Notes under the pieces: generated by a model
The model's input: only the letters and a program-made list of their open reading frames with translations
Told to the model about the DNA's origin: nothing
Databases searched by the model: none
Translations under genes and position numbers: made by a program
Virus record (IMG/VR): IMGVR_UViG_3300034418_003613
Span: 1 to 64,000 of that record
Length of the DNA stretch: 64,000 bases
Direction: 5' to 3' (one strand)
Source: a virus
Shown: positions 26,219 through 36,400 of the stretch, piece by piece
How positions within the stretch are numbered: the stretch's first letter is position 1
Layout: each line of letters opens with the position of its first letter

Positions 26219-27097
26219 ATGAGCGTATCACATAAGTATAGAACTTTTGATCAGTTACTTGAAGATGTAACAGTAGATTTTTCTACATATGCAATGGAGG
26301 GGATGATTGAACCTCAGCAGTTAATTAAAGTTGCAACGAGAGTAAATTATGATCTTGGTTTAAGAATCAATAGAACCAAAGAAGTGGTGCTGGATGTAGA
26401 GCATGGCAAGACCAAGCTTCCAAGTGACTTTTTCTCTTTGAATTATGCTTTTATGTGTGGTGACTATAGCATCTCTACTCAGATGCCCTCTGGTACACAT
26501 GTAGAGACAGATAACCCTGTGCCTTATGTACCAGCTCCAGATGAGTCCGGACCATGTGATGATCCGGAATGTAAAGAAGTATGTGTTATTAAGACCTGTG
26601 AAGACAAGAATCAGTATCAGTTAGTTCAGAAGATTGGTGGCGGAGAGTATAGAACTTACACTGCATTCTATCCTCTGAGGATACAGAATGTAAATGATGC
26701 TACTTGTGATTGTCCAAATGTCGGAGAGCAAGCATCAGATATTGCTGAAATAAAAGACGGTTATCTTCTTACAAACTTTACAACAGGTAAAGTATATATT
26801 AGTTTCCAAGGAGCCATGGAAGACTCTCAAGGAAGATTGCTTGTACTGGACCATCCTTATTGCAATGAATACTACGAGTATGCCTTGAAGCAGAGGATTC
26901 TTGAGAACATGGTTTTTGCCGGAGAGAATGTGGCTAATCAATTAGGTCTAATAGAGGGACGCCTGAGAGCTGCAAGAAATAACGCACTTGGATTTGTAAA
27001 TACTCCAGACTTTAAAGAGATGCAGAAGATCTGGTGGTTAAACAGAAGAGCGCAGTATCACAATTACTATAATATGTTCAAGAGTTATCCTGTGTAA
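26219..27097 (+). CDS. tail ring/tubular protein
   Basis: KTKLPSDF, GYLLTNFTTGKVYISFQG, EYYEYALK; directly upstream of the muzzle-like gene, as in crAss-like phages. Confidence 0.6.
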   Translation: MSVSHKYRTFDQLLEDVTVDFSTYAMEGMIEPQQLIKVATRVNYDLGLRINRTKEVVLDVEHGKTKLPSDFFSLNYAFMCGDYSISTQMPSGTHVETDNPVPYVPAPDESGPCDDPECKEVCVIKTCEDKNQYQLVQKIGGGEYRTYTAFYPLRIQNVNDATCDCPNVGEQASDIAEIKDGYLLTNFTTGKVYISFQGAMEDSQGRLLVLDHPYCNEYYEYALKQRILENMVFAGENVANQLGLIEGRLRAARNNALGFVNTPDFKEMQKIWWLNRRAQYHNYYNMFKSYPV

Positions 27098-27108
27098 CAA
27101 GGTGAACT

Positions 27109-30100
27109 ATGGCTAAGAAGAAACAAAATATTCAGAACAAAGGTGCTGACTCTGTAGAGACTAATGTTTTTGTGAAGGGTATGAACAAGGATATCAATCC
27201 TAGTTACGAACCCAAACAATCTTGGACTCACGCAAGAAACGCTGCAAACAATTCTACAGACGGTGATGTAGGAGTACTGGGTAACGAACCAGCTAACTTA
27301 GCCTGTGGTGTAGTTCCATATACAGTTATTGGAACAGTGCATTTATATGCAGATGAGTGGGTGCTGTATACCACTGATAATACTAACTCTGAGATAGGTC
27401 TCTTTGATGATAGTAAATGCGAGTATAAGACTTTGGTCAATTCCAAGTGTCTTAACTTCAACAAAGAGAATTTAATTCAAGGTGCCGCAAAAGAGAACTT
27501 TGACTGCAGTTGGCAAGTATACTGGGATGATGGGAGAAACCCGTCTCGTACTCTTAATCTAGACAATATTCCTTACCAGCAAACTGTTACCTCTACACCT
27601 GGTGATGATTGTGTTATCTATGAAGATACGACCATACTAGATTGTGAGAAACTCAGATTGGCACCTCTTCTTGACACTCCTATTGTCAAACTTTCCAAAG
27701 CTCCCGATGGAGGATCTTTAAGGAATGGTATGTATCAAGCTTATATAGCTTATACTGTAAATGAGCAGAGAGTAACAGACTATATTGGTGTATCTAATCT
27801 GCAGAGTCTTTTTGATCATGACGGCACTGCAGGGTCTCTGGATATTAAGGTGTCTAATCTGGATAAAGACTTTGAGTTTTTTGAATTAGTTATTCTTAGC
27901 AACAACGCAAATAATTATGCAGCCAAGAAGATTGGGTTGTATAGCACTGAGACTAGTTCTATTTCTGTTGACTATATAGATCAGTCATTAGTCAGTATCC
28001 CATTAGAATTATTGCCAGCTAGAAGCCCTGCGTATGAGAAGTCAGATGCAATGTTTGTTGTTAATGATTGGCTTATACGTAAAGGTCCTACAGAACAATT
28101 TGATTTTAACTATCAACCCAGAGCTAATCAGATTAAGACTGAATGGGTAGTTGCTGAATATCCTGCTGAGTATTATCGTAAGGGAGGTAACAGCACCGGC
28201 TTTATGCGTGATGAGCAGTATGCTTTCTTTATCAGATGGATTTATAATACTGGTGAAAGATCTAAGTCTTATCATATTCCAGGCAGACCGCCAAAGAGTT
28301 CTTTTAGAAATCAGTTTAATGAGCAGATCAATAGTAGTGAAGATGGTCTAGCAGGTGGCGGAGGTCTCAATGTTTTAAGCTCTAGAGAAAAGAACTTTCA
28401 GGTATACGATACATCTACCATTCAGGCGACAGGATTAAATAATCCTACAGGGGATGGAGGTTTGGTTATTGCCAAGGGTGAGATGAGTTACTGGCAGTCT
28501 ACAGAGAAGTATCCTGCAACACAACCTGAAATCTGGAATGCTACTTACACAGATGTAACTACAGGAGTAAACATTGGTGGTACCGGAGACTCTCGCTTTG
28601 ATTTATGTGGTAAGTATATCCGCCATCATAAGATGCCAACTGAAGAACGTGGGCCTGAGTTGCACTTGACAAATGATTCTAATAGTAGGATTAGAGTGCT
28701 GGGTGTACAGTTCAGTGATATCAAACCTCCGGTGTTTAATGATGGCACTGTCATACCAAATATAGTTGGCTATGAGATCTTACGAGGTTCAAGAGAAGGA
28801 CAAAAGTCTATCCTAGCCAAGGGAATATTTAGGAATATGCGTAAGTACAATATTCCTGAGGGTGGGCAGACCGGGGGTAATCCTGTAGGTCTTTATCCAA
28901 ACTATCCATACAATGATCTAAGACCTGATGTTTATTTCCATGATGGTCAGAGAAGAGATGATCATAGAACAGATGGTACTCAGAAGTATGCTGATTCTAT
29001 TGACGACTTTAAACCACTTACAAGTGTAGCTAAGAAGTTCTTTACATTCCACTCACCAGAGCTGATGTTCAAAAGACCTTTCTTGAATGCTTATGAGACA
29101 AGACTATATGGAGATCTTTCCGGTACATCTGTAGGGCATTTTATTAAGTCAGAGAATCATCCTCAGAATAAATTAATCAGAAATATTGCATCCATCATTG
29201 CCAGTATTATTGGGATTGGCTATGCAATTTCAAGAATAAGAGGAACTCAGGAGTCTGAACTACAAGGTTTAAGTATAAATAATAATCTTGTTGCTAATGA
29301 TTATTTAGATGTTGATGTTCTCGGTGTAGGTGGTGGAGCGTCTGTTCCATATGTACCTTTTGTTGGCCCACCAGGTACAGGTGCTCTATACGAAACAATT
29401 AGTGCAGAACAAGGTATTAATCTTGGGGTAGGTAGTTTGTTTGATTTGCTAGGAGAGATATTACTACAAGATGTAGTCGATATAAGCACTATTTGGTTGG
29501 GACAAGGAGCTGTTGATCTTACGATGAGCTTTGGGCAAGGTAAAAATCTTACTTTAGCTTCTCGAACACCAGGTACAGACTCTGGTAAGAATATTGAGAG
29601 ATTTAAAGTTGAACATCCTAGTGGCAACCTTCCAAAGTTTTTACAAGCAGCCTTTGGTTATTTTATTGCTCGTTTCAATATTGCAGATGGTGGAAATGAA
29701 ATCATAGAGTTAATCTATGGTCTTATCAAGGAAGAGGATTTTGCATTTAAGCATAACTCTCACGGCTTCTATGATACATTTACTACTAGACCAAATGGTC
29801 AAGTGTATAGGACTAGAAATGAAGACTCAAACTATATAGGTAGTACATATCAGGCTTTTAATGGTTTTAAGATTAATAATCTATTTAGACCAGATACCGT
29901 AGCAGTTGCTACTACAGATAATATAGATGATCCTAGTATTGTAGATAAATCAAGATATGTTATTAGTGGAGATGGCGGTGGTCCATTTTCTGAGTCCGTA
30001 GCTAATAAATATTTAAGGAATCCTGAGCAAGAACAAAAGAGAGATATCTCAGCAGTTTATGGTGCTTTAAAGTTTGACGCTGAGAATCAGTATGGTCAAC

Positions 30101-33100
30101 TTGATGGCATTAAGCAGGTTCAGATGCGTGGTACAATAGAACTAGTATCAGCTAATAATCCTCAAACTAAATTTTCTTCTTCTCCTATATTTGCTGGTGA
30201 TGTATATATCAACAGGTATACTGAGAAAACCATTATGCCAATCTTTGCTGACTTTTTAAATGGTCAGCCAGATCAATATACTTATGATTACCTGCAGCGT
30301 GTAAACATTCCATACCCAAGATATTGGATGGATACGCGGAAGTTTGATATGACTAGTTTGGCAAACGAGATTGTTGGTCTGTCTTTACCCAAAACAAGTG
30401 ATCCTTTACCATCAGATCTATTCTATTTAGATAGACATAATGCAAGCATTCATGGAAGCTTAAATATATTTGACGGCGATAATGATCCCAACCCTGTTTT
30501 TGCTATGCGATATGGGTATATGTATACTCATGTCAATGGTATTCAGGACTTCTTTGTAGAGTCAGAGTATAACCTAGCTCAAAGAGATTGGGAGGAAGCT
30601 CAGGACAAGAGGTTCTATGATCCTTATGAGTATGCTAACACGGATGATTTATTTCATGCAGACATAATCAAGAAGGACAACTACTATAAGTATGATATCT
30701 CTCTGAGTGTATCAAAGTTCCTCACTCAGATATCTAATTTTGGAGAGGTTCAAACTAGAGATTACGATCCTAAGGTTGCTGAAGATTGTTTTAGTTATTA
30801 CCCTAAGAGATTAATATACTCTCTTCAGGCCAAGACAGAATCTAAGAAAGATTTCTGGAGAGTTTTCTTACCAAACAACTACAAGGATTTTAAGAATCCT
30901 ATCAATGTAATCAAGCCTATTAATAAGAGCGGTGCCTTAGTATTATTCCCATACCAGTCACCTCAGATGTTTCAAGGTCTGGATACACTGAAGACAGATT
31001 TAGGTACTAAGCTTACTATAGGTGATGGTGGTTTATTTAGCCAACCTTTCCAGAACATTACAAACTCAGATTTATCTAATGAGTATGGATCATGTGAGAG
31101 TCATAGGACTGTAATTAATACACCTATGGGTGTGTTCTTTATATCACAGGCTCAGGGTAAGATATTCCATTACACAGGTAAGCTAGAGAACATTGCTAAT
31201 AATGGTATGAAGTGGTGGTTCAATAAGTACTTACCATCTCAGTTGATTAAGCAGTTTCCAGCATTAGAAGAAACACCATTAGCAGATAATCCTGTAGTCG
31301 GTGTAGGATGCCAGTCTATCTATGATGTAAATAATGATGTAGTATATTTCTGTAAGAGAGACTTTAGGGTTAAAGACCAGTATAAAGATCAGGTCAACTA
31401 TACAGTACAGAATGGTTTTACATTCAATGGTTTTGTACTGCAGCCGCAGGTAAATGACGATGCACCTATCCTAAGTACTAAGATTACATTAGGAGATCCT
31501 CTCTACTTTGAGGATGTATCTTGGACTGTAAGCTATGACCCTAAAGCTAAGGCTTGGATCTCATTCCATGATTGGCATCCAGAACTGTGCATGCCTAGCA
31601 TTAATCATTTCCTAACAACAAAGGAAAAGCAATTAGATCAACCATATTGTCCACCAGGGTATAGTTATAATCCCGTAACTCAAAACTGTGAGATAACTAT
31701 TGGTGACTCTGCCCCAGCAATTGTAAATGTAGAAGAGGTACTTGCTAATCTACAGACACAGACTTGTGATATTGATTTGGTATTATGCATGGACTACTCT
31801 GCAAGTACAAATGCAAATCAACAATCAATTCTTAAAAATCAACATCAGTTTATTTCTGATTTTTTAGACAATTCTGATGTACAGTCAGCTCTATCTTCTG
31901 GTAGATTACAAATGGGCTTTACAGCTTTTGGTAGTGCAGAAAGCACTTTTATGAATCTAAGAACTAGTGGCAATGTTCAAAAGACTATGGCTAATACTTT
32001 TGATCCTGACACTGTTATTGATGGATTAGGTTTTAGTTCTAGTGCAACAGCTTACTATAACACATTAGATCCTAGCGGACAAAAAACCAATTTCTGTCGT
32101 GGTATATATAATGCGTTTGAAGTTTTAAATTCTAAGAGTACTACAGAACTTGGTGATAGAAGTGGTAATGCTAATTTTATTCAGGCGGTAATAGTTATTA
32201 CAGATGCTCGTTGTAGAGCTAATACAACCAGCCCTCCAAACAGCTTTAATGAAAAAAATAATTGCCGGGCTGGTGGTTCTTCAATTGGTATGACATATCA
32301 AAGCAGTCTTCTAGGTGGTGGTGGTCCAGCCAATCAGTATATCTACACTGTATGGTGTGGGGAGAATCAGGATGTTTTTGATAGTCAAGGCAATATTAAA
32401 ATATCTGATGATTGTGCTAATGCAACTCAGGGTATTTATCCTTTTACCGGAAATGATATTTTAGATAATCTTACTGGTGATGCTAATACACCAAACAGAC
32501 AGAATCAATATATCATTCTTTCGCAACAGCCATTGAATGACCAGAAAACAGATTATGTTGCACAGCAGATTATTAACTCTATTTGTTCTTTTTCATGCTC
32601 TTGTCCAACGGGTTACACTTTAGTATATCCGGGCAACAATGGTTACACAGAACCAACAGGTGACTGTAATGATGTTAATCCACCTATATGTAGAAAGATT
32701 GGGTGTGAATGTCCTCCTCCTATAAATCCTAAAGGACTCACAACGAAGATTGGTAACTGTGATGATGTTTATAAAGCAGGACCTAATGGAGATCCTAACT
32801 ATGTAAACCCTAATCCAGTTATCTGTAGTTTCTTTTATGAGGATATTACACCTGCCGTAACTACAGGTTCTGGTATATGGAGACATAACTATAGGTGTGA
32901 TTTGTTTGCTAACTACTATGGTGTAGATTATCCATGGGAAGTAGAGTTAGTAGAAAACACAGGTCAGAATGTAAACACTGTTAGAAGTTTAGAATATCAG
33001 TTAGAGTCTTACGTCTATAAAGGAGATCTGCACGATGGGTGTGGTGATGACAGATGGCATGATCTTGATTTCAACTTTGATGAGCTGATTGTTCATAACA

Positions 33101-33483
33101 CAGAACAAGTGTCTGGATTACTAAGAATCCACAATCAGTTCAAGAATGATCCGATGAAAGGATTAGAGTATCCAAAAGTGAATCTTTCAGATATTGAAAT
33201 ACTCTCATCAAAAGTTGAACAGAAATATCGTATTAATCAATTCTGGGATACTACCCATGATAGAGGTGAGTTTTCAAATGCTCAGCAAGAGATATTTAAA
33301 ACACGCCGGAATGGTTATATCAGAGATTTAAACTCTGGCAACTTAGATTATAGCAAGTCTGCTTTTGAAAGAAAAAAGTTTAGACATTACTATAACAAGT
33401 TCTTATTAACAAGAAGGATTTCAGCAGATAGAAAGATGCTGTTGAAGCTAAATAATACCAAACTTAATTTATCATTCAGGTGA
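27109..33483 (+). CDS. tail muzzle/stabilisation protein (P22 gp10-like) with vWA insertion
   Basis: 2124 aa. N-terminal FVKGMNKD, GDVYINRY and WTVSYDPKAKAWISFHDWHP motifs; internal DYSAS...TD vWA domain. Confidence 0.7.
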   Translation: MAKKKQNIQNKGADSVETNVFVKGMNKDINPSYEPKQSWTHARNAANNSTDGDVGVLGNEPANLACGVVPYTVIGTVHLYADEWVLYTTDNTNSEIGLFDDSKCEYKTLVNSKCLNFNKENLIQGAAKENFDCSWQVYWDDGRNPSRTLNLDNIPYQQTVTSTPGDDCVIYEDTTILDCEKLRLAPLLDTPIVKLSKAPDGGSLRNGMYQAYIAYTVNEQRVTDYIGVSNLQSLFDHDGTAGSLDIKVSNLDKDFEFFELVILSNNANNYAAKKIGLYSTETSSISVDYIDQSLVSIPLELLPARSPAYEKSDAMFVVNDWLIRKGPTEQFDFNYQPRANQIKTEWVVAEYPAEYYRKGGNSTGFMRDEQYAFFIRWIYNTGERSKSYHIPGRPPKSSFRNQFNEQINSSEDGLAGGGGLNVLSSREKNFQVYDTSTIQATGLNNPTGDGGLVIAKGEMSYWQSTEKYPATQPEIWNATYTDVTTGVNIGGTGDSRFDLCGKYIRHHKMPTEERGPELHLTNDSNSRIRVLGVQFSDIKPPVFNDGTVIPNIVGYEILRGSREGQKSILAKGIFRNMRKYNIPEGGQTGGNPVGLYPNYPYNDLRPDVYFHDGQRRDDHRTDGTQKYADSIDDFKPLTSVAKKFFTFHSPELMFKRPFLNAYETRLYGDLSGTSVGHFIKSENHPQNKLIRNIASIIASIIGIGYAISRIRGTQESELQGLSINNNLVANDYLDVDVLGVGGGASVPYVPFVGPPGTGALYETISAEQGINLGVGSLFDLLGEILLQDVVDISTIWLGQGAVDLTMSFGQGKNLTLASRTPGTDSGKNIERFKVEHPSGNLPKFLQAAFGYFIARFNIADGGNEIIELIYGLIKEEDFAFKHNSHGFYDTFTTRPNGQVYRTRNEDSNYIGSTYQAFNGFKINNLFRPDTVAVATTDNIDDPSIVDKSRYVISGDGGGPFSESVANKYLRNPEQEQKRDISAVYGALKFDAENQYGQLDGIKQVQMRGTIELVSANNPQTKFSSSPIFAGDVYINRYTEKTIMPIFADFLNGQPDQYTYDYLQRVNIPYPRYWMDTRKFDMTSLANEIVGLSLPKTSDPLPSDLFYLDRHNASIHGSLNIFDGDNDPNPVFAMRYGYMYTHVNGIQDFFVESEYNLAQRDWEEAQDKRFYDPYEYANTDDLFHADIIKKDNYYKYDISLSVSKFLTQISNFGEVQTRDYDPKVAEDCFSYYPKRLIYSLQAKTESKKDFWRVFLPNNYKDFKNPINVIKPINKSGALVLFPYQSPQMFQGLDTLKTDLGTKLTIGDGGLFSQPFQNITNSDLSNEYGSCESHRTVINTPMGVFFISQAQGKIFHYTGKLENIANNGMKWWFNKYLPSQLIKQFPALEETPLADNPVVGVGCQSIYDVNNDVVYFCKRDFRVKDQYKDQVNYTVQNGFTFNGFVLQPQVNDDAPILSTKITLGDPLYFEDVSWTVSYDPKAKAWISFHDWHPELCMPSINHFLTTKEKQLDQPYCPPGYSYNPVTQNCEITIGDSAPAIVNVEEVLANLQTQTCDIDLVLCMDYSASTNANQQSILKNQHQFISDFLDNSDVQSALSSGRLQMGFTAFGSAESTFMNLRTSGNVQKTMANTFDPDTVIDGLGFSSSATAYYNTLDPSGQKTNFCRGIYNAFEVLNSKSTTELGDRSGNANFIQAVIVITDARCRANTTSPPNSFNEKNNCRAGGSSIGMTYQSSLLGGGGPANQYIYTVWCGENQDVFDSQGNIKISDDCANATQGIYPFTGNDILDNLTGDANTPNRQNQYIILSQQPLNDQKTDYVAQQIINSICSFSCSCPTGYTLVYPGNNGYTEPTGDCNDVNPPICRKIGCECPPPINPKGLTTKIGNCDDVYKAGPNGDPNYVNPNPVICSFFYEDITPAVTTGSGIWRHNYRCDLFANYYGVDYPWEVELVENTGQNVNTVRSLEYQLESYVYKGDLHDGCGDDRWHDLDFNFDELIVHNTEQVSGLLRIHNQFKNDPMKGLEYPKVNLSDIEILSSKVEQKYRINQFWDTTHDRGEFSNAQQEIFKTRRNGYIRDLNSGNLDYSKSAFERKKFRHYYNKFLLTRRISADRKMLLKLNNTKLNLSFR

Positions 33484-36400
33484 TGAAAGGGAAATACGAA
33501 AAGTCAGAGCGTAGAGGTTTACCTGGTGGACCCAATGAGATGTTTACTTATACAACTGGAATATTCTCTACCCAGGGATATAAGAGAGACTCCCCTGATG
33601 TAGATAACCCTTTTAACATTATTCCTTCAGGTGACATTACCATGAAGGGTGTGGACTTCCCTGTTCTAGGTACAGACAATTTAGGGAACTCTAAGATGAT
33701 GACTCCCGGTAATGATTATAAGTTTCCTGGAGATATGGTATTTGAACTTCCCATGGCTAAAGATGGCTTAGCATTAGATCCTCCGTCAAAAGAAAAGGAG
33801 ATGGTTAATCTTCATGACTTTCTAATAACTGAGGAAGATCTAGAGTTTCTTAATAGTGAGCGTTGTTTTGGAGGTAACTGTTTGGAGAACACAAGAAAGG
33901 CTTTTGATGCAACAGCGGGTAGTATCTCGGGTGTTCCCTATACAGCTAATGTTTGGGGAAAAGATGATCTGGATATAACAAGCATTAAAAACACACCAAC
34001 TAAGCAGCAAGTACAAGACTTTCCATGGATGGATGGTGATAGAGGGGTGGGTGCTGCGGATAGTTGGGATATACAAGGAAACATAGTACGTGCAGAAGGT
34101 AAGACTTTATATAACAGGAATAAGGAGGGCGCAAAGATTGAATCTGATGACAAAGAGATTGATGATCCTACAGGAAAGTTTCAACCCGGTCAATACCCTA
34201 TAGGATCTATTTACAGTTTTGGTCCTAAGGGTCGCACCGATACACCTTATGGGCAAAGAGCAAAAGGATTTAATATTGATTATGGTTTACAACCATCTCA
34301 TCATAGTGTTATGTCTGTTGGTGTAAATGAAAAAGGAGAAATTATTCTTTATGATGCATATCTAAAGAAATATGATACAGAAGAGAATATTATAAAGCAA
34401 ATAGCTAATTCACCGCTAGGCTACGAACTTGAAACAGTAGGAGTACCAAAGAGTTATGCTAGCCTTACTCCTCAGAACATTAAACTATCTGACAACTTTT
34501 ATAGACCTCGTTATTTTACAGAGTATCAGTTTGATGTTGATCGTTTAGATGAGATTAGACAAGATCCTAAGTTTAGGATTAAAGAAGATGATAAGTTTAG
34601 AGCACCTCGTCTAGATAAAGAGGCTATGCAGGAGTTTAGCCAATCTCTTAAAGATAACAAAGAGACTATGATGGAAGCTCTACGCCTTACTAGTGATGAG
34701 TATGATGACTTAGCAAATTTGTCAATAGCATTGGCAATGGGTGAATCTGAAGGAGGGGGTGGTCTTAGTGTTGATTGGGCTGGTTCCACACAAGGTCTTA
34801 CTCAGTTGAACTTTGACAACATCAAAGATGATGAAGTATTAAGTCGTCAGCTTGCTATGTTCAATGAAAGTGTTAGAGGTCCTCAAAAGATTAAACAATT
34901 AGCAGATTTAAGAGACCCGGCAAAATCAGCTATTGCTACATTGATATATACAAATGCTGGCAGAAGACGATCTAGTAAGTTGTATGAAGAGGGTCTAGAA
35001 CCTGGTGTTAGAAATTTTTATGACAACACTGGGCTTAAAGATTTAGTAAGATCCTCATCTTCAAGGATTAATAGATCCGGTGTTTACTTAGATGAGTTAA
35101 ATGATAGAGTCAGTTTTTCTGATATTCCTGGATGGAATGAAAAAAATGTAAAAAAGATTACAACTTCTTTAAATGCTTTAACGGGCACTAATAGATATCA
35201 AGCAGATATTGATGATGATGGAGATGTCTATATAAAGATGAAGACATTAGGCAATGACCCTAACATGTCTGATGCAATGAAGATAGGTTATTGGTGGCAG
35301 AGCCCTTCATCATTAAAAACAGGGGATGCTCAGGGTGGTAATGTACATGCTAAGAGAATAGAAGGATATTACAAAGCCATCTCTGAAAAAACTCCAGAGG
35401 TTTCTACCGACAAGCTAATGGCAAGCAACACAGAGATTCCTGAGATGCAAAAGGCTGGAGAGTTAAAAGCACAAGATCTAGTCCCTCGTGATCCATTTAG
35501 TACTTTGAGTCCTGCTCAACGTGAAGCTTTTAACGCTAGCACTGTAGCAGCTCTGAAAGCTGAAGAGGAACGACAGTTGAAGGAATACATGAGAAGAAGC
35601 CCTGGGGGTGATTTGTTTCCGGATCAAGGTCTAAAACCTATTACTTATAATGAAGAAGTAGCAGGTTGGTTCCCTGTAGCAGGTGAATACATTGATGCAA
35701 AAAATACTGGAGAAGCTTTAATGCGAGGTGACTATGTAGATGCTGGTTTTAATGCTGCTGGTTTTCTCTTACCGTTTATTCCTGGTAGTTTTCTAAAAAA
35801 ACTAGCCACTTCTCCTTATACTCCTAAATTTTCTAAGCCTTCTCTTTTAAAACAATATAGATCAAAGTTTCCTGCAGCAGATATACGCGGTGCGGGTACA
35901 GGTGATTATAGCAATCTTGGCATTGATGAGTTAGGATTACGTGGAGATGACTTTATATCATTGACAAATTATGAGCGCAGTGCTATTTCTCAAGTAAATC
36001 AGGCTCAGGCAGCTGATGATGTTTTTAACACTTTTGTTCAGCGGTATGCAGATTTTAACACGGATGATGCTTTAGCAAATCAGTTGGCAGATTTTTCAAG
36101 AAAGAATCCAAGGACCAAGTTTGAAATGAATCTTGGCAAAGACGCTACGCCTTCTAAAAGAATGCAAGAAATATTTGATGATCCTGAATTAAACATACAT
36201 AATGTTTTTAGTCTTGAGTCTCCAGGTCCTACGACCGTCAAAAATACATATACCGGATACTATGACAAACGTTTTTATGATGGGTCCGCTCATGATCCGA
36301 GTGGGGAGTGGGATAAAAACTTAAGATCTTATGGTCAGCAAGGGTTTTATGCAACAAATGTTCCTACAGGAAAACCGGTAAGACAGTCTTTAACTCACAC

